A DNA stretch of 33,547 bases from Gammaproteobacteria bacterium (lineage in GTDB: Bacteria > Pseudomonadota > Gammaproteobacteria > GCA-001735895): contig CP070646.1 of NCBI GenBank assembly GCA_020354435.1, positions 2,988,175 through 3,021,721 of the forward strand, read 5' to 3'. The position numbers and the translations under genes are program-made. How positions within the stretch are numbered: the first letter of the stretch is position 1; each line of letters begins with the position of its first letter. Under the pieces are notes generated by a model that was given only the letters and a program-made list of their open reading frames with translations, had not been told where the DNA came from and ran no database searches. Positions 16,866 through 25,927 of this stretch are shown here, piece after piece.

Positions 16866-17489
16866 ATGTTTGCACGACCCACCGAAATTCCTGCCCCGGA
16901 CCAGGCCTTGCCGGGCCGTGCCGAGGCCATGCAGTTCGACCCGAAACACCTGGTGCTCGGTACTTCGATGGTGACGCCGTTTCCCGAGGATTGCGAACAG
17001 ATCGTGTTCGGGCTCGGCTGCTTCTGGGGTGCTGAACGCAAGTTCTGGAACCTGCCCGGTGTTTATACGACCGCGGTCGGATATGCCGCCGGACATACGC
17101 CAAATCCGACCTACCAGGAAGTCTGTACCGGCATGACCGGTCATAACGAGGTAGTGCTCGTGGTTTATTACCCGTCGCAGATCGATTTCGAGTCGCTACT
17201 GAAGCTGTTCTGGGAATCGCATGATCCAACCCAGGGTATGCGCCAGGGTAATGATCAGGGTACCCAGTACCGTTCCGGTATTTACTATCATGACGACCGC
17301 CAGCGCGCGGCCGCCGAGGCGAGCCGCGAGGCGTACCAGCATAAACTGGCGACCGCAGGTTACCCGGCAATCACCACCGAGGTATTAGCGGCCGGCCCGT
17401 TTTATTATGCCGAGGATTATCATCAGCAATATCTGGAAAAGAATCCGGCCGGCTATTGTGGCTTGGGCGGCACAGGAGTATCTTGTTAG
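16866..17489 (+). CDS. msrA: Peptide methionine sulfoxide reductase A
   Basis: [48 protein letters not shown]; GGAG RBS. Confidence 0.97.
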   Translation: MFARPTEIPAPDQALPGRAEAMQFDPKHLVLGTSMVTPFPEDCEQIVFGLGCFWGAERKFWNLPGVYTTAVGYAAGHTPNPTYQEVCTGMTGHNEVVLVVYYPSQIDFESLLKLFWESHDPTQGMRQGNDQGTQYRSGIYYHDDRQRAAAEASREAYQHKLATAGYPAITTEVLAAGPFYYAEDYHQQYLEKNPAGYCGLGGTGVSC

Positions 17490-17581
17490 AAACGTAATTA
17501 GGAATATCGCCTAAATTAATGATTACTAATAATATTAGGCATATTTAATATAACCAAACTCCGGTCGGTCTGGCAGTTGCT

Positions 17582-18046
17582 ATGAAAACAACAGGCGTTT
17601 GCCGGAGCTCGCCAACGATTTCGGCTATATTGTTTGCCGTGGCAATCCTGTTCCCGCTGACGGTGATCGCAGCGGATGAGGCGTCGCAATCCGCATTTCC
17701 GGAGAATCTTGCGGTCGCTATCACGATCGACTCCGAACACCTGATTGAACTCTACCAGGCGGTACCCGGCCTGACGATCATCGATTCGCGTTTTGCCGGG
17801 GATTACGCTCTCGGCCATATCGAGCCATCGCACAATTTACCCCTGGTCCGTACCGACTGTAAATCATTGTCAAAACTGGCAAATTCCATGGAACAGGCTA
17901 TGGTCTTCTAGTGTAATGGGAACGCGGGGGATGCAAGCATCGAAGCCATTCAGATAGCGTCGGGCTGTGGCTACAAAAGGTTGTTCTGGTTTCGGGGTGG
18001 ATTCGTCGAGTGGAAGGATAAGGATTATCCCTATGTGATCGAGTAG
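17582..18046 (+). pseudogene. Signal-peptide-bearing rhodanese-domain protein interrupted by in-frame TAG (17909-17911)
   Basis: IIDSR...GHI...NLP then VF*CNG...GYKRLFWFRGGFVEWKDKDYP to TAG 18044-18046; the frame is continuous (155 codons). Confidence 0.8.
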
Positions 18047-18050
18047 TCTC

Positions 18051-20783
18051 TTGCTAGCGCGTATTTACAGCTTCAAGTTCATTATCGGCTTCGCTCTGCT
18101 GTGGCTGGGCGCGCTCGCTTATGGGCTGGCGATTTACAGCACCCAGGTGTATCGCGCGCACGCGATCCAGGCGCAGGTCGACTCGCTGCAATCGATGCTC
18201 GAGCGCGAAAGCCGCGATGCCATTCGGCAACTCTACGAAAAGCAGAAGCAATTTGCCTTCAAACTGCAGAGCGAGGCTCCGTTCAAGGCGGCCTTGGAAA
18301 AACGCGATACCGCGAAGATGCAGGCCTGGCTCGGCGAAAGCTATAGCCGTTACCAGGTTGCCGCCGGCGAATTCAAACTCAAGACCATTGTCGTACGCGA
18401 TCTGTCCGGCCAGATTTTTGCCCACAGTTCTGACGACGGTCTCAATACTTATGCTGGCTGCCCGACCGCACTGGAATCGATCGGCGGTTCGCAAATCCGC
18501 CTGTTGAAACCGAGATACACTCTTTGCAGTTTCGACAAACAGCTGTTCAGCGAGGTACTGGTGCCGGTCGGAGCGTTCGAGCCCAGGGCCTATTTGCACA
18601 TCGTTGCCTACGCCGACGCCGGCCTGAAGGCCATCGAGCAACAGATGCGGATGCCGATCAATATCGATCATGGTGCCGGTTCGAATCTTTACCGTTCCTC
18701 GGACTGGATCGAAGCCGGTTCGGACAGTCATCTGTTTCCCAGTTACAAACTCTATGGTGACGATGCTTTTCTCGGTGCCGTCATCAGCGCCGCCTTCGAC
18801 CAGCAACCGGTTATCGATCGGCTGGCGAAAACCGAAACCAGTTTTTTCATCATCACCACGGTTGCCACGGTGAGCGCTTTGCTGCTGGTGCTGTTCCTGC
18901 TCAATCGCGCCTTCGTGCCAATGAACAAGCTGCGAAATTCGGTGGGTGCGCTGTTGACCGGACGTTACGCATCGATCAGCGAAGAAAAGTTACCGAGCGA
19001 GTTGAAAGATCTCGTGGTCGCCTACAACGAAATGGTCGAAGGCCTCGAAATCGAAACCATATCGCGCCGGCAGATGGAGGAAAAACTGCGCTCGGAGAAG
19101 GATTTTATCTCCACCACGCTCGACTCGATCACCAATCCGGTCATCGTTATCGATTCAAAAGACCGCATCAAACTGATGAATCCTGCTGCCGAGAAACTTT
19201 TTGGCGACAAGGAAGCGCAGCTGATCGATACGTCGATACACGAGGTTTTGATTCTCTACGCCAATCGCCAGACCACGCGCATCGTCGATATCAGCCAGCT
19301 GCTCTCGCGCAAGCTTTCGATCAGCTCGATGTTTTTCTACGACTCCGACCGCAATATCGTCGAGCTCGAGTTTTCCGCTTCGCCTATGATCGACATGGAG
19401 GCCGAGGACGTTGGCTTCGTCATCATTCTCAAGGACGTGTCCGAGGATCGCAAGCTGCGCCGCAAACTGAGCTATGAGGGCAGCCACGACCAGCTCACCG
19501 GTTTTCTCAACCGCGGTGCTTTCGAACAGAAATTCGAAACCCTGGTAACCGAGAACAACAACTCGGAGCCGCAGCACGTGCTCGCCTTCCTCGATATCGA
19601 CCAGTTCCGCGTGGTCAATGAAACCTGCGGCAGCGCGGCCGGCGACCTGCTGCTGAAACAGGTCAGCGCCATGGTTAAAAAACATGTGCGCAAGTCCGAT
19701 ATCCTGGCACGCCTGTCCGGCGATGAATTCGGCATTATCATGCCTTTCTTCGAGATGGAGGGCGCGCTGCAGGCGATCCAGAAAATTATCATCGAGATCC
19801 AGCATTCGGGATTCGTCTGGAATGAGCAGGAGTACCTGATTACCGCCAGTATCGGTGTCATGGTCTTCGGCCGCATGAGCGACGAATACGCCGATTTTTA
19901 TTCCAAGGTAACAACAGCCTGTTATCTGGCCAAGCAAAACGGCGGTAACCAATATCACTTCATCGGCGAAAATGATGAAAAAGTCATGGCCCAGCAGGTT
20001 TCGATGGAGTGGGTGGCCGGCATCATGGAGGGTTTCAGCGAAGATCGTTTCTGCCTGTATGTGCAACCAATCGTCTCCATCGACAAGGAGGAAAGTCATA
20101 CGCATTACGAAGTTCTGATTCGTTACATGGCTTCTGATGGCGCGATCATTTCACCCAACGACTTTCTGCCGCCGGCCGAACGTTACAACCTGATCGAGCG
20201 TATCGACAGCTGGGTGGTTACCAACGTTATCGACTGGCTGCAGCAGCATCAGCACAGGCTCAACGATGTCATGTTTTCGGTCAACCTGTCGGGGCGCAGC
20301 ATCGGTTCCCAGACTTTCCACAAGTTTCTGCGCGACAGCCTGACCGTCAGCGATATCGATATCAGTCAACTGTGTTTCGAAATTACCGAGACGGCGGTGG
20401 TCGACAACGTCGAGAAATCGGTCGAGTTCATTAATTCGATCAAGCAGCTCGGCGCCAAGTTTTCTCTCGACGATTTCGGAACCGGCTTGTCTTCGTTCAG
20501 CTACCTTAAGCAGTTTCCGGTGGATTATCTGAAGATCGATGGTGAATTCGTGCGCGATATCATCGACGACGACAAGAGTTATGTCTTCGTGCGTTCGATG
20601 ACCGAAGTGGGACATTGCCTCAATATGGAAGTGATCGCCGAGTTCGTCGAATCCGATACGATGTTCGAACTGCTGCGCAAGGCCAATGTCGACTATATCC
20701 AGGGATACCAGGTTGGGAAACCGGCCGCGATCGACACCCTGGTCGAGCACATGTCCGGCCTCGATCAGGCCAGTCAGGCCTGA
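18051..20783 (+). CDS. Membrane-bound diguanylate cyclase/phosphodiesterase (periplasmic sensor-HAMP-PAS-GGDEF-EAL)
   Basis: Two TM helices; HDQLTGFLNR, RKSD I-site, SGDEF, EVLIR, DDFGTG, AEFVE, QGY. Confidence 0.93.
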   Translation: MLARIYSFKFIIGFALLWLGALAYGLAIYSTQVYRAHAIQAQVDSLQSMLERESRDAIRQLYEKQKQFAFKLQSEAPFKAALEKRDTAKMQAWLGESYSRYQVAAGEFKLKTIVVRDLSGQIFAHSSDDGLNTYAGCPTALESIGGSQIRLLKPRYTLCSFDKQLFSEVLVPVGAFEPRAYLHIVAYADAGLKAIEQQMRMPINIDHGAGSNLYRSSDWIEAGSDSHLFPSYKLYGDDAFLGAVISAAFDQQPVIDRLAKTETSFFIITTVATVSALLLVLFLLNRAFVPMNKLRNSVGALLTGRYASISEEKLPSELKDLVVAYNEMVEGLEIETISRRQMEEKLRSEKDFISTTLDSITNPVIVIDSKDRIKLMNPAAEKLFGDKEAQLIDTSIHEVLILYANRQTTRIVDISQLLSRKLSISSMFFYDSDRNIVELEFSASPMIDMEAEDVGFVIILKDVSEDRKLRRKLSYEGSHDQLTGFLNRGAFEQKFETLVTENNNSEPQHVLAFLDIDQFRVVNETCGSAAGDLLLKQVSAMVKKHVRKSDILARLSGDEFGIIMPFFEMEGALQAIQKIIIEIQHSGFVWNEQEYLITASIGVMVFGRMSDEYADFYSKVTTACYLAKQNGGNQYHFIGENDEKVMAQQVSMEWVAGIMEGFSEDRFCLYVQPIVSIDKEESHTHYEVLIRYMASDGAIISPNDFLPPAERYNLIERIDSWVVTNVIDWLQQHQHRLNDVMFSVNLSGRSIGSQTFHKFLRDSLTVSDIDISQLCFEITETAVVDNVEKSVEFINSIKQLGAKFSLDDFGTGLSSFSYLKQFPVDYLKIDGEFVRDIIDDDKSYVFVRSMTEVGHCLNMEVIAEFVESDTMFELLRKANVDYIQGYQVGKPAAIDTLVEHMSGLDQASQA

Positions 20784-21793
20784 GCAACTACTCTCAGGGC
20801 TTTCAGAGTATTGCGCATTTCGCGAAAGTTCGGCACCTCCGCCTGCCGCAGTAATTCTTCACGCTCCTCGACCGAACGCGATGCTGCCACCTCCCTGATT
20901 GTCTCCATCGCGATATGCGGCGCGACCATGTGCAGAAAATCGAACTGGTAGGCCGAGATATGGCGCGAGTGGCGGAATCCGATCTTGATCATGCTATCGG
21001 GGAACAGGTGGCTGGCATCGATGTAAACCAGGTCGGAATCATCCTCGCGCCAGGCCATCTCGGCGATGATGCCGGCGCCCATGCCGAGGCGCACATAAGT
21101 CTTGATGACGTCCGAGTCGGTCGCCGTGAAGGCCACGCGTGGTTCCAGGTTGGCGTGCTGGAAAGTCTTGTCGAGCTGCGAGCGCCCGGTCAGGCCGAGC
21201 ATATAGGTCAGAATCGGGTGGCTTGCCAGGTCGGATAGCGTAATATCCTTGATCCGCGTCAGTTCGTGGTTCGGCGGTACGACGATGTAACGGTTCCAGC
21301 GATAGGCCGGGATCGTGACCAGCTCGCCGCGCTCATCGATCACTTCGGAGGCAATGACGAAATCGACCTGGTTGTTGGCGGCGAGTTTACACATAGATTT
21401 GGGATTGCCCTGGTGCACGCGCAATTCGATATGAGGATACTTGTTCGAGAAACGTTGCATTATGGGCGGCAGAATGAACTGAGCCTGGGTGTGCGTGGTC
21501 GCGATAGTCAGGCTGCCGCGATTGCTCTTGCTGTATTCGCGCGCGGCACGCTTGATGTTGCGCGCACTGTTGAGCAGGTCGGTGACATGTTCGAGAATGG
21601 CGTGCCCCGCCGGCGAGATCGCTGTGAGTTTTTTACCCGAGCGTTCGAAGATCTGGATGTCGAGTTCGTCTTCCAGCAGCTTGATCTGATGGCTGACACC
21701 CGGCTGCGAGGTGTACAACTCTTCGGCGGCGGCGGAGACATTCAAGTTGTTGCGCACCACCGCATCGAGAAAGCGAAGCTGTTGCAGTTTCAA
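20774..21793 (-). CDS. cysB: CysB/Cbl family LysR-type regulator
   Basis: KLQQLR..., LYTSQPGVS, TIATTHTQA, HQGNP, FTATDSDVIKTYVRLGMG; TTG start. Confidence 0.9.
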   Translation of the reverse strand: MKLQQLRFLDAVVRNNLNVSAAAEELYTSQPGVSHQIKLLEDELDIQIFERSGKKLTAISPAGHAILEHVTDLLNSARNIKRAAREYSKSNRGSLTIATTHTQAQFILPPIMQRFSNKYPHIELRVHQGNPKSMCKLAANNQVDFVIASEVIDERGELVTIPAYRWNRYIVVPPNHELTRIKDITLSDLASHPILTYMLGLTGRSQLDKTFQHANLEPRVAFTATDSDVIKTYVRLGMGAGIIAEMAWREDDSDLVYIDASHLFPDSMIKIGFRHSRHISAYQFDFLHMVAPHIAMETIREVAASRSVEEREELLRQAEVPNFREMRNTLKALRVVAQA

Positions 21794-21878
21794 TGGTTCG
21801 AACGATTATCCCGTTACAGGTAGATCCGGAGTTTACAAGGAAAATGCCGCATGACAACCAGTTTTTGGCTCGACCAAA

Positions 21879-22592
21879 TCAGGCTTTTTTATCGAAGTCG
21901 ATCGACTTGATTCGCGGCGAAAGATTGATTTCGTCGATGACGATATTCGGGCTACTGCCTAGTATTTGCGCCACCAGTCGTGCCACATCGCCGACTTCGA
22001 TCGCATTCTCCTGGTTAGCGCCTGGTGCGAAAGGCAGGTCGTCGAAAAAGGGGCTGCGCACCATGCCTGGATTAATCAGGCTTACGTGGATGCCGTCGCT
22101 GGCGCAATCCTCGCGCAGCGACAGGCAGAATCCGCGCAGGCCAAATTTGCTGGCACAGTAAACGGCGCCCTTTTTGCCCGCTACCAGCGCCGACTCGGAA
22201 CCGATGAAGATCATCCGGCCCCGGCCGCGGCGACGCATGGACGGCAACAACAAACGGCTGATGATCATCGCGCTGAGCAGATTCACGCGCAGCAGTTCCT
22301 CCATCTGCGCGACGGAGAATTGCTCGATCGAACCGAAGCGACCGAGACCGGCGGCATGCACCAGGGCATCGACGTCGCGTTTTTCGAGTAGCGCCTTCAG
22401 TTGCGATTCGACTTGTGACGGATCGGCGAAGTCGAGCGGCAGCGCGGTGAAGTTTTCGTGTTCGAGTGCATCCACCTGGCCGCGTCGGCTGAGGCCGATG
22501 ACTTTATAGCCCTGCTGCAGCAGCAACTGCGCGCAGGCCAGGCCGATGCCGGAGCTGGCACCGCTAATCAGGACGGATTCTGTTTCAGCCAT
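21879..22592 (-). CDS. Short-chain dehydrogenase/reductase
   Basis: SGASSGIG, catalytic S...YCASK, INPGMVRS. Confidence 0.9.
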   Translation of the reverse strand: MAETESVLISGASSGIGLACAQLLLQQGYKVIGLSRRGQVDALEHENFTALPLDFADPSQVESQLKALLEKRDVDALVHAAGLGRFGSIEQFSVAQMEELLRVNLLSAMIISRLLLPSMRRRGRGRMIFIGSESALVAGKKGAVYCASKFGLRGFCLSLREDCASDGIHVSLINPGMVRSPFFDDLPFAPGANQENAIEVGDVARLVAQILGSSPNIVIDEINLSPRIKSIDFDKKA

Positions 22593-23583
22593 GCCATTCG
22601 CAGGGGTGGTAGCTTTCTGCCGGAATATGTTTCATCAATTCAGCTTCGCAGAACTCGATCATTGCCTGCTCGCGTTCGAGCGGGTAACTGATAATACCAT
22701 TGTCCAGCTGCATGTTTTGCGCGAACAGCGGCTCTTCCGGATATAGCCGCGAAATCCGGCGGAAATGATCGCGCGTCAGGCGGAAACTGCCGAGGCTGAC
22801 CGAGTGTAGTCTGGAGGCGTCAATTTTCGCGAAAACCTGTTGCAGCAATTCGACGAAGGCGTTCTGATAGTCGCGATGATAGACCACCGGATCGAAACGC
22901 AGACCTACCGGCCAGCCGGCATCGAGCAAACGGCGCATGGCGTCGACGCGTTTGTCGATCGCCGGCACTCCGTGTTCCAGCTTGCTGTGGCTGAAGCGAT
23001 CGCTGAAACTGAACGCGGTGACCACTCGCGCTACCGGCTCCATCTGCAGCATCGAGCGTACCTGCGTGCTCTTGGTGCGTAACTCCATCCAGGCGTTATC
23101 GATGGAAGCGATCAGTGGTACGAAGTATTCGGTGAAACGCGTCATTGGCTCGTTTGCCAGGCTGTCGCAGTCGTAACCCGAGTAAAACCAGACCGGCCGG
23201 TGCGGATGCGCCGCGGCGGTTTGACGGATCTGTTCGCCGAAATCCTCGTAGTTGACGAACAGTACCTGGTGCGCCGACTGGTACATGCCCTGTAAAAAGC
23301 AATAGCGACAATCGTAGATGCAGTTGAGCATATGCGAAAAGTAATAGTTGAAATCACCACCCAGGCCATAGCCGTCGGGCGCGGCCAGTACCTGACCACG
23401 GTTTTTGCGTGCGATGATCAGGGCTGGATTTTTTTTCTGCAGGCGAAAGTTCTGCGCGCGCGGGTTGAAAACCTCGCCGTAAAATTCGATTTCGGTCACG
23501 GGGAGTTTATGCAGGCGCTGAAGCAATCGCCGCGCGCGCGGATGATCGCGTAGCTCCGATTCTATGTAAACGCGGCTGACCAT
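22585..23583 (-). CDS. Spore photoproduct lyase-like radical SAM protein
   Basis: NCIYDCRYCFLQ (CxxxCxxC), FVNYED, ELRTKS, GLRFDPV, SLGSFR; start at ATG 23583, 2 bp after the upstream stop. Confidence 0.85.
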   Translation of the reverse strand: MVSRVYIESELRDHPRARRLLQRLHKLPVTEIEFYGEVFNPRAQNFRLQKKNPALIIARKNRGQVLAAPDGYGLGGDFNYYFSHMLNCIYDCRYCFLQGMYQSAHQVLFVNYEDFGEQIRQTAAAHPHRPVWFYSGYDCDSLANEPMTRFTEYFVPLIASIDNAWMELRTKSTQVRSMLQMEPVARVVTAFSFSDRFSHSKLEHGVPAIDKRVDAMRRLLDAGWPVGLRFDPVVYHRDYQNAFVELLQQVFAKIDASRLHSVSLGSFRLTRDHFRRISRLYPEEPLFAQNMQLDNGIISYPLEREQAMIEFCEAELMKHIPAESYHPCEWHG

Positions 23584-23585
23584 GG

Positions 23586-24395
23586 TTACAGTTCCTCGGC
23601 ATCGCGATAGCTGATTTGTTCCAGGGTCGCGATCATGCCGGCAGCGTTTTTTTGCTGCGCCAGCCTTTCCAGCAACGCCTCCGGACTGAAATCCCGATTC
23701 GACAGGTAGCGCCACAACACACGTAACCGGTTTTTCTGGGTTTGCGTGAAATGCGCCATTCCAAGCAGCTGCCGCCAGGACTCGGCGGAGAACTCCAGCG
23801 CCGATATTTCACTCTCGAGGTCGAGCAATGCGGTGGCCTCGATATCGATGGCCTCAATGTTACCCTGAATCAGGTCGCTCACCTGCTGACGCTTGCGGCC
23901 GGTCTGGTGACGGCGATTGTCGCTGATCACCTTTAACGAGCGGGTTAGTTCGGCGCTGCTGAAGCGCAGGGCACTGTAGATGAAGCCACTGGCCTCCATG
24001 TCGAACAGGCAGTCGTCGCGGTAGTCCTGTCTGGCCTCGCTGAGGGTCAGGCAGGCTCTGGCCGGCAGGGGTGAGGAAACCACGGGCGCGGGATAGTAAC
24101 GTTGGCCACTGTCCGCATCGACTATCTTGTCGAGCGCGAACAGCTTGCCGATGTCGTCTTCGGCGGCGCCGGCGACACCCAGATTGATCCAGGCCAGCGC
24201 CGGCTCACGCGCGTTTTGCGCAGCGATCCAGGCGCAGGCGGCGGCGCTGGCAATCTTGCCTGTGCCGCTGATGATGCAAACCATGCCGTCACCGCGGTAA
24301 ACGTCGAAGGCGTTATCGTCGTGTGATTTTTTCAGGCGATAGAAGTCGATGACCGGCTTGGCCTCGCAGTGTAATGCGCATACCCAGATCAGCAT
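23586..24395 (-). CDS. Nucleosidase/nucleoside phosphorylase fold protein (MTA/SAH nucleosidase-like) with C-terminal helical extension
   Basis: ALHCEA, SGTGKIASA, INLGVAG, DMEASG, KVISD. Confidence 0.8.
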   Translation of the reverse strand: MLIWVCALHCEAKPVIDFYRLKKSHDDNAFDVYRGDGMVCIISGTGKIASAAACAWIAAQNAREPALAWINLGVAGAAEDDIGKLFALDKIVDADSGQRYYPAPVVSSPLPARACLTLSEARQDYRDDCLFDMEASGFIYSALRFSSAELTRSLKVISDNRRHQTGRKRQQVSDLIQGNIEAIDIEATALLDLESEISALEFSAESWRQLLGMAHFTQTQKNRLRVLWRYLSNRDFSPEALLERLAQQKNAAGMIATLEQISYRDAEEL

Positions 24396-25225
24396 GACTG
24401 CCTCGCCCGCTGCCAGAAATCGCGCAGCGGCGCAAACTCGGCGATCAACGCTTTATTGTCATGCTTGATCGCACCTTTGAGCAGAATATCGAGCTTGGCC
24501 AGCAAAACCGCCGTAGTTGCCGAACGCTGTTCGGCTGAAAGCGTTTGTTGCGTGAGCAAGCGGTGCAGCGCGCGCACGCGAAAGCGGTCCATGATCGGAT
24601 GACGGCGCGATAGCTGGTCATCGTGGCCGCCGTACTTGACGATCAGGGCCGCCTCCAGGTAGTGCACCGGGTAGCGATGGCACAGGCGTAACCACAGGTC
24701 GTAATCTTCGCAGGCCGGCAGCGCCGGGTCGAACAGGCCCGATTCCAGCAACACCGATTTCCTGATAACCGATGCCGACGGTGATATCGCGCACAACGGC
24801 AGGCAGTGTTCGAAAATCCAGCCGCCACTCTTGCGGTGCTTGTTCATCGGATTGACCCGGACACCGCGTCGCATCCAGATTTCGTCGGAATGAAACAGGA
24901 CAAAATCCGGATGTTGCGCATGGGCGGCACGAATGCGGGCGATTTTCTCCGGCAGCCAGCTGTCGTCGGAATCGAGCAGTGCGATCCAGTCGAATCGAGC
25001 CGCGTTGATGCCTCGATTGCGCGCCTCGCTGACGCCGAGATTCGGCTGACGGATGATTTTAACGGCTGCATAGGCTTTTGCCACCATCTCGGCGCTGCCG
25101 TCGGTAGAGCCGTCGTCGACGAGTATGACCTCGTCCACTGGCGATGTTTGCGCGAATACTGACTCGAGCGCTCGCTCGAGCGTATGCCTGCGATTGTAAC
25201 TGGGTATGACGACGGATATACGCAT
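24389..25225 (-). CDS. Family 2 glycosyltransferase
   Basis: SVVIPSYNR, VDDGSTDGS, NLGVSEARNRG, LDSDD, EDYDLWLR; no TM segment. Confidence 0.92.
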   Translation of the reverse strand: MRISVVIPSYNRRHTLERALESVFAQTSPVDEVILVDDGSTDGSAEMVAKAYAAVKIIRQPNLGVSEARNRGINAARFDWIALLDSDDSWLPEKIARIRAAHAQHPDFVLFHSDEIWMRRGVRVNPMNKHRKSGGWIFEHCLPLCAISPSASVIRKSVLLESGLFDPALPACEDYDLWLRLCHRYPVHYLEAALIVKYGGHDDQLSRRHPIMDRFRVRALHRLLTQQTLSAEQRSATTAVLLAKLDILLKGAIKHDNKALIAEFAPLRDFWQRARQSC

Positions 25226-25248
25226 GGCTGCCGGAAGCAGGCGGCTAC

Positions 25249-25581
25249 CTAGGACTTCTGCGGGATACTGGCCTGCCCCGGGAAAGTAGTGACGCTGGAG
25301 CCGTCGCTGTCGAGAATGCGGTTTTTGCCGCTGCGTTCCACCTCGTCGATGCGGATGACGGCGAAGTGCGGAATATAGGTATTTTTGACGTTGGCAAATT
25401 CAAGCTTGAGTTTTTCCTCCGCGGGGTCGATCAGCAGCTTGGACTGCTCGCCGAAGATTATTTCACCGATCTCGATGAATCCCGCCATCTGCGACTGGCT
25501 GACTTCGTGCGCATAGAGTTCGTATATCTTGTTATTGTTATGGAACTGGATGCGGAAAGTCGGTTTCTTTGACTTGCTCAT
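25249..25581 (-). CDS. DUF1820-like protein
   Basis: F.N.NKIYELYA, GFIEI, DPAEEKLK.EF, YIP..AVIRIDEV. Confidence 0.75.
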   Translation of the reverse strand: MSKSKKPTFRIQFHNNNKIYELYAHEVSQSQMAGFIEIGEIIFGEQSKLLIDPAEEKLKLEFANVKNTYIPHFAVIRIDEVERSGKNRILDSDGSSVTTFPGQASIPQKS

Positions 25582-25590
25582 AACTAAAAA

Positions 25591-25851
25591 CTAATTCGAC
25601 TGCATCAACTCGTCAAGCTCGCCATCCATGTGTAGCTCGGTGAGCTCATCGAATCCGCCGATGGGTTTGCCGTCTATGATGATCTGCGGCACCGTGCGTG
25701 AACCGTTGGTGACATCGAGAAATTCCTTCATTGCCGCATTGTCGTTGTCGATGCGAACTTCGTCGTAATCGATTTCCCATTTCTCCAGCATCATCTTGGC
25801 GCTATTGCAAAAGGCGCAATTTGCCGTGCTGTAAACTGTAACTCGGGCCAT
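25591..25851 (-). CDS. grxC: Glutaredoxin (Grx3/GrxC-like)
   Basis: CAFC dithiol, RTVPQI, IGGFDEL; ATG 25851 with AGGA RBS. Confidence 0.88.
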   Translation of the reverse strand: MARVTVYSTANCAFCNSAKMMLEKWEIDYDEVRIDNDNAAMKEFLDVTNGSRTVPQIIIDGKPIGGFDELTELHMDGELDELMQSN

Positions 25852-25927
25852 GGTTTCCTGCCGTCCGAAAAAAGTGGTGCGCAATTTTACTACAGAGTTT
25901 GCCGCTGCCATAGTCGGCACAAACAGA

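Noticed and set aside
17571-17584. Sigma-54 promoter at TGGCAGTTGC
   Set aside because: GG to GC spacing is wrong and it abuts the start codon.
17909-17911. Genome-wide amber recoding or pyrrolysine
   Set aside because: TAG ends many normal genes here (fadE, fadD, msrA, pilU, yggT); no pyl genes in the window; the position is normally Tyr.
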